Below, piece by piece: positions 29,492-42,144 of a stretch of 64,000 nucleotides of DNA. A program made the position numbers and the translations under genes. The stretch comes from Escherichia coli. Its GTDB lineage: Bacteria > Pseudomonadota > Gammaproteobacteria > Enterobacterales > Enterobacteriaceae. A model generated the notes under the pieces. It was not told the origin of the DNA, searched no databases, and saw only the letters and a program-made list of their open reading frames with translations. Positions within the stretch are counted from its first letter, which is position 1. Each line of letters opens with the position of its first letter. The DNA lies in NCBI RefSeq assembly GCF_041886205.1, contig NZ_CP169029.1. One strand, written 5' to 3'.

Positions 29492-30853
29492 ATGTTTGAT
29501 AATTTAACCGATCGTTTGTCGCGCACGCTGCGCAATATCAGTGGCCGTGGACGCCTCACTGAAGACAACGTAAAAGATACGCTGCGCGAAGTGCGCATGG
29601 CGCTGCTGGAGGCGGATGTCGCTCTGCCGGTAGTGCGTGAGTTTATCAATCGCGTAAAAGAGAAAGCGGTTGGTCATGAAGTTAATAAGAGCCTGACGCC
29701 GGGGCAGGAGTTCGTCAAAATCGTCCGTAACGAACTGGTTGCGGCGATGGGCGAAGAGAACCAGACCCTGAATCTTGCAGCACAACCGCCTGCGGTCGTG
29801 CTGATGGCAGGCCTGCAAGGTGCTGGTAAAACAACCAGCGTTGGTAAACTTGGTAAGTTCCTGCGCGAGAAGCACAAGAAGAAAGTGCTGGTGGTTTCTG
29901 CCGACGTTTATCGCCCGGCGGCAATCAAACAGCTTGAGACGCTGGCAGAGCAGGTGGGCGTTGATTTCTTCCCTTCTGATGTTGGTCAGAAGCCGGTTGA
30001 TATTGTTAACGCGGCGCTGAAAGAAGCCAAACTGAAATTCTACGACGTGCTGCTGGTGGATACCGCTGGTCGTCTGCACGTTGACGAAGCGATGATGGAC
30101 GAGATCAAACAAGTCCATGCGTCGATTAACCCGGTTGAAACCCTGTTTGTGGTTGACGCCATGACCGGTCAGGATGCGGCCAATACGGCAAAAGCATTCA
30201 ATGAAGCGTTACCGCTTACCGGCGTAGTGTTGACCAAAGTGGACGGCGATGCCCGCGGCGGTGCGGCGCTCTCTATTCGTCACATCACTGGCAAACCGAT
30301 CAAGTTCCTCGGTGTTGGCGAGAAAACAGAGGCGCTGGAGCCGTTCCATCCGGACCGCATCGCGTCGCGTATTCTCGGCATGGGCGACGTACTGTCGCTG
30401 ATCGAAGATATCGAAAGCAAAGTTGACCGCGCGCAGGCAGAGAAATTAGCCAGCAAGCTGAAAAAAGGCGACGGCTTCGATCTCAACGATTTTCTTGAGC
30501 AACTGCGCCAGATGAAAAATATGGGCGGCATGGCTAGCCTGATGGGCAAGCTGCCGGGCATGGGGCAGATCCCGGATAATGTTAAGTCTCAGATGGACGA
30601 TAAAGTGCTGGTGCGTATGGAAGCCATCATCAACTCGATGACGATGAAAGAGCGCGCTAAGCCAGAAATCATCAAAGGTTCGCGTAAGCGTCGTATCGCT
30701 GCCGGTTGCGGTATGCAGGTGCAGGACGTTAACCGCCTTCTGAAGCAGTTCGACGACATGCAGCGCATGATGAAGAAAATGAAGAAAGGCGGAATGGCGA
30801 AGATGATGAGAAGCATGAAAGGGATGATGCCACCGGGATTTCCTGGTCGCTAA
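29492..30853 (+). CDS. ffh: Signal recognition particle protein Ffh
   Basis: 453 aa, GLQGAGKTT G-domain, Met-rich C-terminal M-domain. Confidence 0.95.
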   Translation: MFDNLTDRLSRTLRNISGRGRLTEDNVKDTLREVRMALLEADVALPVVREFINRVKEKAVGHEVNKSLTPGQEFVKIVRNELVAAMGEENQTLNLAAQPPAVVLMAGLQGAGKTTSVGKLGKFLREKHKKKVLVVSADVYRPAAIKQLETLAEQVGVDFFPSDVGQKPVDIVNAALKEAKLKFYDVLLVDTAGRLHVDEAMMDEIKQVHASINPVETLFVVDAMTGQDAANTAKAFNEALPLTGVVLTKVDGDARGGAALSIRHITGKPIKFLGVGEKTEALEPFHPDRIASRILGMGDVLSLIEDIESKVDRAQAEKLASKLKKGDGFDLNDFLEQLRQMKNMGGMASLMGKLPGMGQIPDNVKSQMDDKVLVRMEAIINSMTMKERAKPEIIKGSRKRRIAAGCGMQVQDVNRLLKQFDDMQRMMKKMKKGGMAKMMRSMKGMMPPGFPGR

Positions 30854-30911
30854 ATGACCTTATGCGATAGAGTTATTAACTGCTGATTGCATTTTCTCCA
30901 GAAATCAGTAA

Positions 30912-31238
<327 letters not shown>

Positions 31239-31256
31239 TCTGTCACGGTGGTCATG

Positions 31257-31805
31257 ATGAGCAAACAACTCACTGCGCAAGCACCTGTTGATCCCATCGT
31301 TTTGGGAAAAATGGGTTCGTCTTACGGTATTCGTGGGTGGCTCAGAGTGTTTTCTTCCACCGAAGACGCCGAAAGCATTTTTGACTATCAGCCCTGGTTT
31401 ATCCAGAAGGCGGGTCAGTGGCAGCAAGTCCAGCTGGAAAGCTGGAAGCACCACAATCAGGACATGATCATCAAGCTGAAAGGCGTTGACGATCGTGATG
31501 CGGCGAACCTGCTGACGAATTGTGAAATTGTCGTGGATTCATCGCAACTGCCTCAGCTTGAAGAGGGTGACTACTACTGGAAAGACCTGATGGGCTGCCA
31601 GGTAGTAACCACTGAAGGCTACGATCTCGGTAAAGTCGTCGATATGATGGAAACCGGATCCAATGACGTTCTCGTCATTAAGGCAAACCTGAAAGATGCG
31701 TTTGGTATCAAGGAACGCCTCGTACCGTTCCTCGATGGGCAGGTTATCAAGAAAGTCGATCTCACTACTCGTTCAATCGAAGTAGATTGGGATCCTGGTT
31801 TTTAA
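31257..31805 (+). CDS. rimM: Ribosome maturation factor RimM
   Basis: [33 protein letters not shown]. Confidence 0.9.
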
Positions 31806-31835
31806 ACCACCGGATAAACGGTAAAAGACGGCGCT

Positions 31836-32603
31836 ATGTGGATTGGCATAATTAGCCTGTTTCCTGAAATGTTCCGCGCAATTACCGATTACGGGGTAAC
31901 TGGCCGGGCAGTTAAAAATGGCCTGCTGAGCATCCAGAGCTGGAGTCCTCGCGACTTCACGCATGACCGGCACCGTACCGTGGACGATCGTCCTTACGGC
32001 GGCGGACCGGGGATGTTAATGATGGTGCAACCCTTGCGGGACGCCATTCATGCAGCAAAAGCCGCGGCGGGTGAAGGCGCAAAGGTGATTTATCTGTCAC
32101 CACAGGGACGCAAGCTTGATCAAGCGGGCGTCAGCGAACTGGCAACGAATCAAAAATTGATTCTGGTGTGCGGTCGCTACGAAGGTATAGATGAGCGCGT
32201 GATCCAAACCGAAATTGACGAAGAATGGTCAATCGGCGATTACGTTCTCAGTGGTGGTGAGTTACCAGCAATGACGCTGATTGACTCCGTTTCCCGGTTT
32301 ATTCCGGGAGTACTGGGACATGAAGCCTCAGCAACAGAAGATTCCTTTGCTGAAGGATTGCTGGATTGCCCGCACTATACGCGGCCTGAGGTGTTAGAAG
32401 GGATGGAAGTTCCGCCAGTGTTACTGTCGGGCAACCATGCCGAGATACGTCGCTGGCGTTTGAAACAGTCGCTGGGCCGTACCTGGCTTAGAAGACCTGA
32501 ACTTCTGGAAAACCTGGCTCTGACTGAAGAGCAAGCAAGGTTGCTGGCGGAGTTCAAAACGGAACACGCACAACAGCAACATAAACATGATGGGATGGCG
32601 TAA
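31836..32603 (+). CDS. trmD: tRNA (guanine37-N1)-methyltransferase TrmD
   Basis: 255 aa, [13 protein letters not shown] start and SPOUT fold motifs. Confidence 0.95.
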
Positions 32604-32641
32604 GCCCCCGAGATATCAGTTTACCCAGGATAAGAGATTAA

Positions 32642-32992
<351 letters not shown>

Positions 32993-33022
32993 GATTTCGC
33001 TTAAGCGACATCCTGTTAAGAA

Positions 33023-33051
33023 GGGCTGGCCAATTGGCTGGCCCTTTTTTT
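33023..33051 (+). terminator. Rho-independent terminator of the rpsP-rplS operon
   Basis: GGGCTGGCCAATTGGCTGGCCC hairpin (two G-U pairs) followed by TTTTTTT. Confidence 0.6.
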
Positions 33052-33068
33052 ATCTGTTTGCTCGTGTT

Positions 33069-33551
33069 TTAAGGGGTAGTAATCACCACTGCGACGCGGC
33101 GGTTCTCGGCGCGGCCCTGGGCGGTCTTGTTACTGGCTATGGGATATTTTTTTCCTAAACCCTGTGTGGTGAGATTGCTGCGCGGAATTTGTCCACCCTT
33201 AGCCCATGCATCGGCCACGACATTCGCCCGTTTCAATGATAAGCCTTCGTTGTAACTGTCTTCAACATAGTTATCGGTGTGTCCATCCATACGGGCATGT
33301 GTTAGCCCTGTCGAGGCCAATTTGGCTGCCATGGTTTGGATCTGTTGCTGGCTTTCCGGGAGCAATTTGTAGTCATTTTTGGCGAACAGAATGGCATCTG
33401 ATAAGCCCAGCGACCAGTCGCCGGCGGATTCAGTAAATCCATAAGATTGCATAGCGGCGACTTGCTCAGGAGTAAACTTTCCCTGAGGGGACTGGCAGCC
33501 AGTCAGTATTAGTGAGGTGAAAATCAGGGGTGCTACCAGGTGCTTTATCAT
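33069..33551 (-). CDS. yfiB: OmpA-family outer membrane lipoprotein YfiB
   Basis: 160 aa, lipobox LTGC, OmpA-like C-terminal domain; last gene of yfiR-dgcN-yfiB. Confidence 0.85.
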   Translation of the reverse strand: MIKHLVAPLIFTSLILTGCQSPQGKFTPEQVAAMQSYGFTESAGDWSLGLSDAILFAKNDYKLLPESQQQIQTMAAKLASTGLTHARMDGHTDNYVEDSYNEGLSLKRANVVADAWAKGGQIPRSNLTTQGLGKKYPIASNKTAQGRAENRRVAVVITTP

Positions 33552-33566
33552 ATCGATATATCCTTG

Positions 33567-34793
33567 TTATCTCACCAGCTTTTCGGCACGCTGGTGTTTG
33601 GCCTGATACATATTGTGATCGGCAAGCTCTTGTAATTTTTCCGCAGAGGAGTGCTCAATGGTCATCGCGTAACCAATGCTTAATGTCATGGTGGTCTGAT
33701 AGCCATTATGAAGATCAAACGGGAGATTAAAGATTTGTGTCAGTGCTGAACATATCTGCTGCACTTCAGATTCCGACTGTACATCATAGAGCACCATAGC
33801 GAATTCATCGCCGCCTATGCGGTATGCTTTATGTCGCAGCCCGCCAAATTCAGCTAACCGTTTTGCGATTTCAATCAAGACTCGATCGCCCGTCGCATGA
33901 CCCCAGGTATCATTGATATATTTGAAATTATCGCCATCAAGAAATAGTAACGCCGACGTTTTTCGGGCATCGGAACTGTTCATCAACGTGTTGATACCGC
34001 TACGAAACGCTGCGCGGTTAGCCAGCCCGGTTAATGGGTCATGTAGTGCGGTACGTAGAAGCTGCGCATTTTTGGCCTGTAAACGAAGCTGCCACTCTTC
34101 CATTTCATCCAGCAGACTGTTGAAGTCGAGAGCGAATCGGTGAAACTCAGCGATACGTTCTTCCGAAACTCGTCGGGAAAAATTGCGGTTGGAACGCACA
34201 TCATGTACGACATCGGTGATATTTTTCAGCGCTTCCACCAGGCCATTGTGCAAATGGCGGGTGAGGGTAATTGCGATGCCTGATGCCAGCAGAATACAAC
34301 CGGTCAGTACGGCGAGCGAAAACCAGATAAAATGGCTGATTGAACTGTCGCGAGCGGTTAAGCGTACTTCGCCAATGGTTTCACCATTGTGACGAATCGG
34401 CTGAATGATGGGGGCAGGGAAGAGCCAGTGGCTTATGAAATTGCTGAAAGTATCGCCTGGATCCTTACGGGTGTAATGCCAGGATGCCAGAATATTTTGC
34501 TGCTTATCACGCACTTCTGCAGTTGAAAATTGGCCTTGCTGGCCCAGCGCTGCCAGCGTTTCAGTTGCTGCAGGGCCATCGGCAAAAACGACCGCTGCTT
34601 CCAGACTGTAAGTCATTGTTGCTGCTGTCAGTGCCAGGTTTTTTTGCGCGTACTGTTTCAGGGTCAGCACCGAGGTCACGGAAAGCAGCAACCAGATCAG
34701 CATCATAGTGATAAATATGCTGGTCATACTGATGTTGCGTAATGCTCTTTTAAACGTGGGGCGCTTATTAAGAGAATTATCGTTATCCATCAT
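33567..34793 (-). CDS. dgcN: Diguanylate cyclase DgcN (YfiN)
   Basis: 408 aa, two TM segments, HAMP, GGDEF domain with RIGGDEF. Confidence 0.9.
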   Translation of the reverse strand: MMDNDNSLNKRPTFKRALRNISMTSIFITMMLIWLLLSVTSVLTLKQYAQKNLALTAATMTYSLEAAVVFADGPAATETLAALGQQGQFSTAEVRDKQQNILASWHYTRKDPGDTFSNFISHWLFPAPIIQPIRHNGETIGEVRLTARDSSISHFIWFSLAVLTGCILLASGIAITLTRHLHNGLVEALKNITDVVHDVRSNRNFSRRVSEERIAEFHRFALDFNSLLDEMEEWQLRLQAKNAQLLRTALHDPLTGLANRAAFRSGINTLMNSSDARKTSALLFLDGDNFKYINDTWGHATGDRVLIEIAKRLAEFGGLRHKAYRIGGDEFAMVLYDVQSESEVQQICSALTQIFNLPFDLHNGYQTTMTLSIGYAMTIEHSSAEKLQELADHNMYQAKHQRAEKLVR

Positions 34794-35301
34794 TTTTCTT
34801 CCGTGCGAGCATTAAGACATCCGGGTTGACCTTTACACCGCTACGCGATAAGGCATGCAGGTTTACGGCAAATCTGACGTCATTATTGTGGATGATCAGA
34901 CAAAAGGCGCTACCAATAATGCACTCGGTATTTTGTTCGGCAATTAATAATAACGCCTTTGACGGATATTGTTCGGTTAATTCCATCTGGAATGTCGGTG
35001 ACTCGTTGCCAAAATAAAAACCATTGCAGCCTGAAATCATCGCCTCTTGTTGAGTGTGAATGATGACAGGCAGATAAGGCAAAGATGTCGCGGCATTCTC
35101 TTGTAGGGCGGTACTAAAACGTGAAGATGAAAAGATACATAACTTTGGTGGCCCTGATAGCGCAGGCCAGCGGGTGTAACTGACAATACCGGAAACCATC
35201 ATACGCACGTTTTTCGCAACGTCAGAAGGCTCCTGAGCGAGTATTGGTGCTCCCGTCAGCAGGAGAATCAGAAGTAAGAACAGTCGGTGAGAAAAACGCA
35301 T
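34783..35301 (-). CDS. yfiR: Periplasmic repressor of DgcN, YfiR
   Basis: 172 aa with signal peptide; overlaps dgcN start by 11 nt. Confidence 0.85.
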   Translation of the reverse strand: MRFSHRLFLLLILLLTGAPILAQEPSDVAKNVRMMVSGIVSYTRWPALSGPPKLCIFSSSRFSTALQENAATSLPYLPVIIHTQQEAMISGCNGFYFGNESPTFQMELTEQYPSKALLLIAEQNTECIIGSAFCLIIHNNDVRFAVNLHALSRSGVKVNPDVLMLARKKNDG

Positions 35302-35450
35302 TCAGGGATCCCCACCATCTTCGCTCGAAATGCATCGATATTTTTTCAGAATACTCATTAAAATATCATTTTTTCATGCGATAGTCATCAATGTGAGAAA
35401 TAAAACACAATGAGTAAAATTTTATGTTTAATTTATTTGTGGGGTTTTAA

Positions 35451-35813
35451 TTAATTTAATCGTATTGTGCTGGCATTTTCATCAGCCCCTTTTTGCCATA
35501 CTTCATGCAATTGGCTGGCATTTTCAACATTGTTGCAGCTGGCAGGAAAGCTTTTACCGGAAAGTCCTCGGGCATAAGTAAAATCGGTCTGGCAAGTTTT
35601 CTTTTGTCCTTCGGCATATCCTTTAAGGTATAGACCGCGATCCGCCTGTGAATCGCTAAATGCATCGTCATCTTTTATGGCGCTGCCCGATATCGCATCT
35701 TCCATACCAACATCATACCAGTCGGTGCTGGTCAAGGTTGGCGCGTGAGTATAAGGATCAATCTGACATCCGCTAACCAGTAAAGCCAACAAGGGGGCGA
35801 TAAATTTTTTCAT
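35451..35813 (-). CDS. yfiL: Lipoprotein YfiL
   Basis: Signal peptide with lipobox LVSGC; start chosen at MKKFIAPLLALL. Confidence 0.7.
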   Translation of the reverse strand: MKKFIAPLLALLVSGCQIDPYTHAPTLTSTDWYDVGMEDAISGSAIKDDDAFSDSQADRGLYLKGYAEGQKKTCQTDFTYARGLSGKSFPASCNNVENASQLHEVWQKGADENASTIRLN

Positions 35814-35912
35814 CATTTCTTTCTCCTTTTTCAAAGCATAGCGGATTGTTTTTAAAGGAGGTGTAAATTTATTTGTACGAAAATAAGCGTCAAAGCGCGA
35901 ATAAATTGTTTT

Positions 35913-35953
35913 TGTAAAGAAAAATGTACGAAATATGGATTGAAAACTTTACT
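35913..35953. promoter_or_regulatory. Candidate TyrR boxes upstream of aroF
   Basis: TGTAAAGAAAAATGTACG and TGGATTGAAAACTTTACT resemble TGTAAA-N6-TTTACA. Confidence 0.4.
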
Positions 35954-36024
35954 GTATGTGTTATCGTTACGTCATCCTCGCTGAGGATCAACTATCGCAA
36001 ACGAGCATAAACAGGATCGCCATC

Positions 36025-37095
36025 ATGCAAAAAGACGCGCTGAATAACGTACATATTACCGACGAACAGGTTTTAATGACTCCGGAACAACTGAAGGCCG
36101 CTTTTCCATTGAGCCTGCAACAAGAAGCCCAGATTGCTGACTCGCGTAAAACCATTTCAGATATTATCGCCGGGCGCGATCCTCGTCTGCTGGTAGTATG
36201 TGGTCCTTGTTCCATTCATGATCCGGAAACTGCTCTGGAATATGCTCGTCGATTTAAAGCCCTTGCCGCAGAGGTCAGCGATAGCCTCTATCTGGTAATG
36301 CGCGTCTATTTTGAAAAACCCCGTACCACTGTCGGCTGGAAAGGGTTAATTAACGATCCCCATATGGATGGCTCTTTTGATGTAGAAGCCGGGCTGCAGA
36401 TCGCGCGTAAATTGCTGCTTGAGCTGGTGAATATGGGACTGCCACTGGCGACGGAAGCGTTAGATCCGAATAGCCCGCAATACCTGGGCGATCTGTTTAG
36501 CTGGTCAGCAATTGGTGCTCGTACAACGGAATCGCAAACTCACCGTGAAATGGCCTCCGGGCTTTCCATGCCGGTTGGTTTTAAAAACGGCACCGATGGC
36601 AGTCTGGCAACGGCAATTAACGCTATGCGCGCCGCCGCCCAGCCGCACCGTTTTGTTGGCATTAACCAGGCAGGGCAGGTTGCGTTGCTACAAACTCAGG
36701 GAAATCCGGACGGGCATGTTATCCTGCGTGGTGGTAAAGCGCCGAACTATAGCCCTGCGGATGTTGCGCAATGTGAAAAAGAGATGGAACAGGCGGGACT
36801 GCGCCCGTCTCTGATGGTAGATTGCAGCCACGGTAATTCCAATAAAGATTATCGCCGTCAGCCTGCGGTGGCAGAATCCGTGGTTGCTCAAATCAAAGAT
36901 GGCAATCGCTCAATTATTGGTCTGATGATCGAAAGTAATATCCACGAGGGCAATCAGTCTTCCGAGCAACCGCGCAGTGAAATGAAATACGGTGTATCCG
37001 TAACCGATGCCTGCATTAGCTGGGAAATGACCGATGCCTTGCTGCGTGAAATTCACCAGGATCTGAACGGGCAGCTGACGGCTCGCGTGGCTTAA
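36025..37095 (+). CDS. aroF: DAHP synthase, Tyr-sensitive (AroF)
   Basis: [30 protein letters not shown]; ORF opens upstream at 35956. Confidence 0.95.
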   Translation: MQKDALNNVHITDEQVLMTPEQLKAAFPLSLQQEAQIADSRKTISDIIAGRDPRLLVVCGPCSIHDPETALEYARRFKALAAEVSDSLYLVMRVYFEKPRTTVGWKGLINDPHMDGSFDVEAGLQIARKLLLELVNMGLPLATEALDPNSPQYLGDLFSWSAIGARTTESQTHREMASGLSMPVGFKNGTDGSLATAINAMRAAAQPHRFVGINQAGQVALLQTQGNPDGHVILRGGKAPNYSPADVAQCEKEMEQAGLRPSLMVDCSHGNSNKDYRRQPAVAESVVAQIKDGNRSIIGLMIESNIHEGNQSSEQPRSEMKYGVSVTDACISWEMTDALLREIHQDLNGQLTARVA

Positions 37096-37105
37096 GAGGT
37101 TTATT

Positions 37106-38227
37106 ATGGTTGCTGAATTGACCGCATTACGCGATCAAATTGATGAAGTCGATAAAGCGCTGCTGAATTTATTAGCGAAGCGTCTGGAACTGGTTGCTGA
37201 AGTGGGCGAGGTGAAAAGCCGCTTTGGACTGCCTATTTATGTTCCGGAGCGCGAGGCATCTATGCTGGCCTCACGTCGTGCAGAGGCGGAAGCTCTGGGT
37301 GTACCGCCAGATCTGATTGAGGATGTTTTGCGTCGGGTGATGCGTGAATCTTACTCCAGTGAAAACGACAAAGGATTTAAAACACTTTGTCCGTCACTGC
37401 GTCCGGTGGTTATCGTCGGTGGTGGCGGTCAGATGGGACGTCTGTTCGAGAAGATGCTGATACTCTCGGGTTATCAGGTGCGGATTCTGGAGCAACATGA
37501 CTGGGATCGAGCGGCTGATATTGTTGCCGATGCTGGAATGGTGATTGTTAGTGTGCCCATTCATGTTACTGAGCAAGTTATCGGCAAATTACCGCCTTTA
37601 CCGAAAGATTGTATTCTGGTTGATCTGGCATCAGTGAAAAATGGACCGTTACAGGCCATGCTGGCGGCGCACGATGGCCCGGTACTGGGGTTACACCCAA
37701 TGTTCGGTCCGGACAGCGGTAGCCTGGCAAAGCAAGTTGTGGTCTGGTGTGATGGACGTAAGCCGGAAGCATACCAATGGTTTCTGGAGCAAATTCAGGT
37801 CTGGGGCGCTCGGCTGCATCGTATTAGCGCTGTCGAGCACGATCAGAATATGGCGTTTATTCAGGCTCTGCGCCACTTTGCTACTTTTGCTTATGGGCTG
37901 CACCTGGCAGAAGAAAATGTTCAGCTTGAGCAACTTCTGGCGCTCTCTTCGCCGATTTACCGCCTTGAACTGGCGATGGTTGGGCGACTGTTTGCTCAGG
38001 ATCCGCAGCTTTATGCCGACATTATTATGTCGTCAGAGCGTAATCTGGCGTTAATCAAACGTTACTATAAGCGTTTCGGCGAGGCGATTGAGTTGCTGGA
38101 GCAGGGCGATAAGCAGGCGTTTATTGACAGTTTCCGCAAGGTGGAGCACTGGTTCGGCGATTACGCACAGCGTTTTCAGAGTGAAAGCCGCGTGTTATTG
38201 CGTCAGGCGAATGACAACCGCCAGTAA
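37106..38227 (+). CDS. tyrA: Chorismate mutase / prephenate dehydrogenase (TyrA)
   Basis: 373 aa, [30 protein letters not shown]. Confidence 0.95.
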   Translation: MVAELTALRDQIDEVDKALLNLLAKRLELVAEVGEVKSRFGLPIYVPEREASMLASRRAEAEALGVPPDLIEDVLRRVMRESYSSENDKGFKTLCPSLRPVVIVGGGGQMGRLFEKMLILSGYQVRILEQHDWDRAADIVADAGMVIVSVPIHVTEQVIGKLPPLPKDCILVDLASVKNGPLQAMLAAHDGPVLGLHPMFGPDSGSLAKQVVVWCDGRKPEAYQWFLEQIQVWGARLHRISAVEHDQNMAFIQALRHFATFAYGLHLAEENVQLEQLLALSSPIYRLELAMVGRLFAQDPQLYADIIMSSERNLALIKRYYKRFGEAIELLEQGDKQAFIDSFRKVEHWFGDYAQRFQSESRVLLRQANDNRQ

Positions 38228-38269
38228 TAATCCAGTGCCGGGTGATTCACATCATCCGGCACCTTTTCA

Positions 38270-39430
38270 TCAGGTTGGATCAACAGGCACTACGTTCTCA
38301 CTTGGGTAACAGCCCAATACCTTCATCGAACGGGTGATGTCCCCTAACTCTTTCAATGCTTTTTGCATTTCCGCTGATTCAAGATTGGCCTGAATATCCA
38401 GATAAAACATCTCTTCCCATGGATTACCGTGAATCGGGCGTGACTCCAGACGGGTCATAATCAGATTGTGGTTGCGCAATACCAGCAATGCTTCAACCAG
38501 CGCACCAGCTTGTTGTCCGGTCGCCATTAACAACGTCGTTTTCGCCGGAACCTGGTCAGACACATTAATGGCTTTACGTGCCAACACCACAAATCGGGTG
38601 AAGTTTTGTCGCTGATTCGCTTCAATACGCTCCAGTACCTGCAAACCGTACAAAGTGCCGCCAGCTTCGCTTCCCAACGCAGCAACATGCGGTGATTTTG
38701 CCTGTGCAACCTTTTCCATTGCCGCAGACGTACTTTCGGTATATTCAATCTTCCAGTGCGGATAACGATTAAGGAATTTGCTGCATTGCTGGAATGGCTG
38801 CGGATGGCTGTAGACCGTATTAATGGTGGATAAATCAGTCGTGCCGGAGACCAACAAACAATGGTCGATAGTTAACGTCATCTCGCCAACAATCGACAAG
38901 CTGGTATGTTGCAGCAGATCGTAAACGTCGTTTATGGCACCGGAGCTGGTATTTTCAATCGGTACGACGGCATAGTCGGCCTGGCCGGTTTCCACCTGAT
39001 TAAAAATATCGGCAAATTTGGCGCAGCCACTTTCAATGAATTGCTCAAAGTGACGGGCAGCATACTGGCGCGCCGCAAGATGGGAATAAGAACCTTTGGG
39101 GCCGAGAAAAGCGATGCGTGCTGAGTGCGGATTAATTTTATTGAGATGTTGCTGGAGCAAAGCCTGCTGAGTTAATACGGAATCTTCAATGATGAGCTGG
39201 AACAGGCGAGTAATGTAATGGGCGTCCAGATGGTGCGCTTTACCGAGCGTAATTAATCTTTCCAGTAAATCGCGTTCACGATCAATATCACGTACCGGGC
39301 GATGCGAGAGCAGTTTGGCTTTTCCCACCTCGACGGCCAGTTCGCGCCGCTCTGCGAGTAATGCTAATAATTTTTCATCCAGCGCGCTGATTTTCTCTCG
39401 CAGCGCCAGTAACGGGTTTTCCGATGTCAT
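38270..39430 (-). CDS. pheA: Chorismate mutase / prephenate dehydratase (PheA)
   Basis: 386 aa, [32 protein letters not shown]; ACT domain at C-terminus. Confidence 0.95.
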   Translation of the reverse strand: MTSENPLLALREKISALDEKLLALLAERRELAVEVGKAKLLSHRPVRDIDRERDLLERLITLGKAHHLDAHYITRLFQLIIEDSVLTQQALLQQHLNKINPHSARIAFLGPKGSYSHLAARQYAARHFEQFIESGCAKFADIFNQVETGQADYAVVPIENTSSGAINDVYDLLQHTSLSIVGEMTLTIDHCLLVSGTTDLSTINTVYSHPQPFQQCSKFLNRYPHWKIEYTESTSAAMEKVAQAKSPHVAALGSEAGGTLYGLQVLERIEANQRQNFTRFVVLARKAINVSDQVPAKTTLLMATGQQAGALVEALLVLRNHNLIMTRLESRPIHGNPWEEMFYLDIQANLESAEMQKALKELGDITRSMKVLGCYPSENVVPVDPT

Positions 39431-39452
39431 AGTGTTGCCTTTTTGTTATCAA

Positions 39453-39482
39453 TAAAAAAGGCCCCCCGATTTGGGAGGCCTT
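39453..39482 (-). terminator. pheA attenuator terminator
   Basis: On minus strand GGCCTCCC-aaatc-GGGGGGCC hairpin followed by T-run, between pheL and pheA. Confidence 0.6.
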
Positions 39483-39528
39483 ATTGTTCGTCTTCGCATT
39501 CTGTTTCACACGACGAAACGCCTCCCAT

Positions 39529-39576
39529 TCAGGGGAAGGTAAAAAAGAATGCGAAGAAAAACGGTGTGTGTTTCAT
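39529..39576 (-). CDS. pheL: pheA leader peptide (15 aa, [15 protein letters not shown])
   Basis: Seven Phe codons in 15; not in the ORF track because of its size. Confidence 0.85.
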   Translation of the reverse strand: [15 protein letters not shown]

Positions 39577-39629
39577 GTTTGTTTCCTTAAGTGACTTTAG
39601 TACAGTACCCGTACTGTTTTCACGCTGTC

Positions 39630-39656
39630 AACAAAAAACGCGCCCGAAGGCGCGTT
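39630..39656 (-). terminator. Terminator downstream of raiA
   Basis: On minus strand GCGCC-ttcg-GGCGC hairpin plus TTTTTT. Confidence 0.5.
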
Positions 39657-39679
39657 GGCGATACACTCAATATAAAGGA

Positions 39680-40075
<396 letters not shown>

Positions 40076-40291
40076 TCAAAATGTGTGATGGAAATCTCAT
40101 AATTTTGTCACTTTTTGTCAACGAATCTTTTTTGTGAGAAATCGCAGGAAGAGGTGTTTTTTTACTTGAGGAATATCTCAAAGCGAGCCATATTTGATGA
40201 GATAGATAGTGACTAAATCGCTTCAGTTTCACAACTAACAGAATAAAAAAACGGCAGCTCAAGGGCTGCCGTTTTGTGTTTCAGGTTTCTG

Positions 40292-41029
40292 TTATGTATT
40301 GCTGCTGTTTGCGGCGATGATTTTCGCTACTTTTTCAGCTTGCGCATTCATCTGCATCTGACGGTATGCATTTTCCATCAGCGGCAGCGCATCACGCGTA
40401 GCCTGGGTATCCGGGTAGTCGCGCAACATGCCTTCTACGCGGTTAACGACGGCAACCCATGCGCCACGTTCTGTATAGTACTCGGCCACGGAGTATTCAT
40501 ATTTCGCCAGACGATCTTTCAGGAATACCAGACGTTTGGTGGCATCGGTGGTGTACTGACTGTTTGGATAGCCGCGCACCAGTTTGGAAAAGTCACTAAA
40601 CGCAGCTCGTGCATGTTGAGGATCGCGATCGCTACGATCGACGCCAAAGAACCCTTGCAGCGCACTGTCATCCAGCGCCATATTGGTCAGGCCACGCATG
40701 TACATAACATAATCGATATTCGGATGGGTCGGGTTAAGGCGAATAAAACGATCGATGGCAGCCTGTGCTAACGGCAAATCGGCGTTTTTATAGTAGGCGT
40801 AGATGAGATCCAGCTGCACCTGCTGCGAATACGGACCAAACGGATAGCGATTATCTAACGCTTCCAGTTGCGTTATTGCCTGTCTCCAGTTACCGTCCTG
40901 CAGCTTTTGTTGTGCAGTCGCGTAAATTTCATTTGGCGGATTATCAGGTACTTCTTCCTTTGACCCCGAGCAACCCGCCAAAAACAGGCTTAGTGTGGCG
41001 GCTGCCACCAGATATTTCATGCGCGTCAT
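40292..41029 (-). CDS. bamD: Outer membrane assembly lipoprotein BamD
   Basis: 245 aa, lipobox LAGCSGS, TPR repeats. Confidence 0.95.
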
Positions 41030-41163
41030 GACGTTTTGACTTTCCTCAAAATGTAATACGGGAGATTCTCTGTTCCTGCTCCCGGTTAAGACCAGCTACA
41101 ATAGCACACTATATTAAACGGCAAAGCCGTAAAACCCCAACGATAAACGAAGAAGCAGTATAT

Positions 41164-42144
41164 ATGGCACAACGAGTACAGCTCACTGCAACGGTGTCCG
41201 AAAACCAACTCGGTCAACGCTTAGATCAGGCTTTGGCCGAAATGTTCCCGGATTATTCACGTTCGCGGATAAAAGAATGGATCCTCGACCAGCGCGTGCT
41301 GGTTAACGGCAAAGTTTGTGATAAGCCGAAAGAAAAAGTATTGGGTGGCGAGCAGGTTGCCATCAACGCTGAGATTGAAGAAGAAGCGCGTTTTGAACCG
41401 CAGGATATCCCGCTGGATATCGTCTATGAAGATGAAGACATTATTATCATTAATAAACCGCGCGACCTGGTGGTACATCCTGGCGCGGGTAACCCGGATG
41501 GCACGGTACTGAATGCGTTGCTTCATTACTATCCACCCATTGCCGATGTACCGCGTGCGGGCATCGTCCATCGTCTGGATAAAGACACCACTGGCCTGAT
41601 GGTTGTGGCAAAAACCGTTCCGGCTCAGACGCGTTTAGTCGAATCTTTGCAACGGCGTGAAATTACTCGTGAGTATGAAGCGGTGGCGATTGGTCATATG
41701 ACCGCTGGCGGTACAGTAGATGAACCAATCAGCCGCCACCCGACCAAACGTACTCACATGGCGGTGCATCCGATGGGCAAACCAGCGGTGACTCACTATC
41801 GCATCATGGAACACTTCCGTGTGCACACGCGTCTGCGGTTGCGTCTGGAAACTGGACGTACGCACCAGATCCGCGTGCATATGGCCCATATCACTCATCC
41901 GCTGGTGGGCGATCCGGTTTATGGTGGTCGTCCGCGTCCGCCAAAAGGTGCTTCGGAAGCATTTATCTCCACGCTGCGTAAGTTTGACCGCCAGGCGCTT
42001 CATGCAACCATGCTGCGTCTTTATCACCCGATCTCCGGCATCGAAATGGAATGGCATGCGCCTATTCCACAAGATATGGTGGAGCTGATTGAGGTGATGC
42101 GCGCCGATTTCGAAGAGCATAAAGATGAAGTGGACTGGTTATGA
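41164..42144 (+). CDS. rluD: 23S rRNA pseudouridine synthase RluD
   Basis: 326 aa, S4 domain then RluA-family catalytic domain (HRLDKDTTGLMVVAK). Confidence 0.95.
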   Translation: MAQRVQLTATVSENQLGQRLDQALAEMFPDYSRSRIKEWILDQRVLVNGKVCDKPKEKVLGGEQVAINAEIEEEARFEPQDIPLDIVYEDEDIIIINKPRDLVVHPGAGNPDGTVLNALLHYYPPIADVPRAGIVHRLDKDTTGLMVVAKTVPAQTRLVESLQRREITREYEAVAIGHMTAGGTVDEPISRHPTKRTHMAVHPMGKPAVTHYRIMEHFRVHTRLRLRLETGRTHQIRVHMAHITHPLVGDPVYGGRPRPPKGASEAFISTLRKFDRQALHATMLRLYHPISGIEMEWHAPIPQDMVELIEVMRADFEEHKDEVDWL

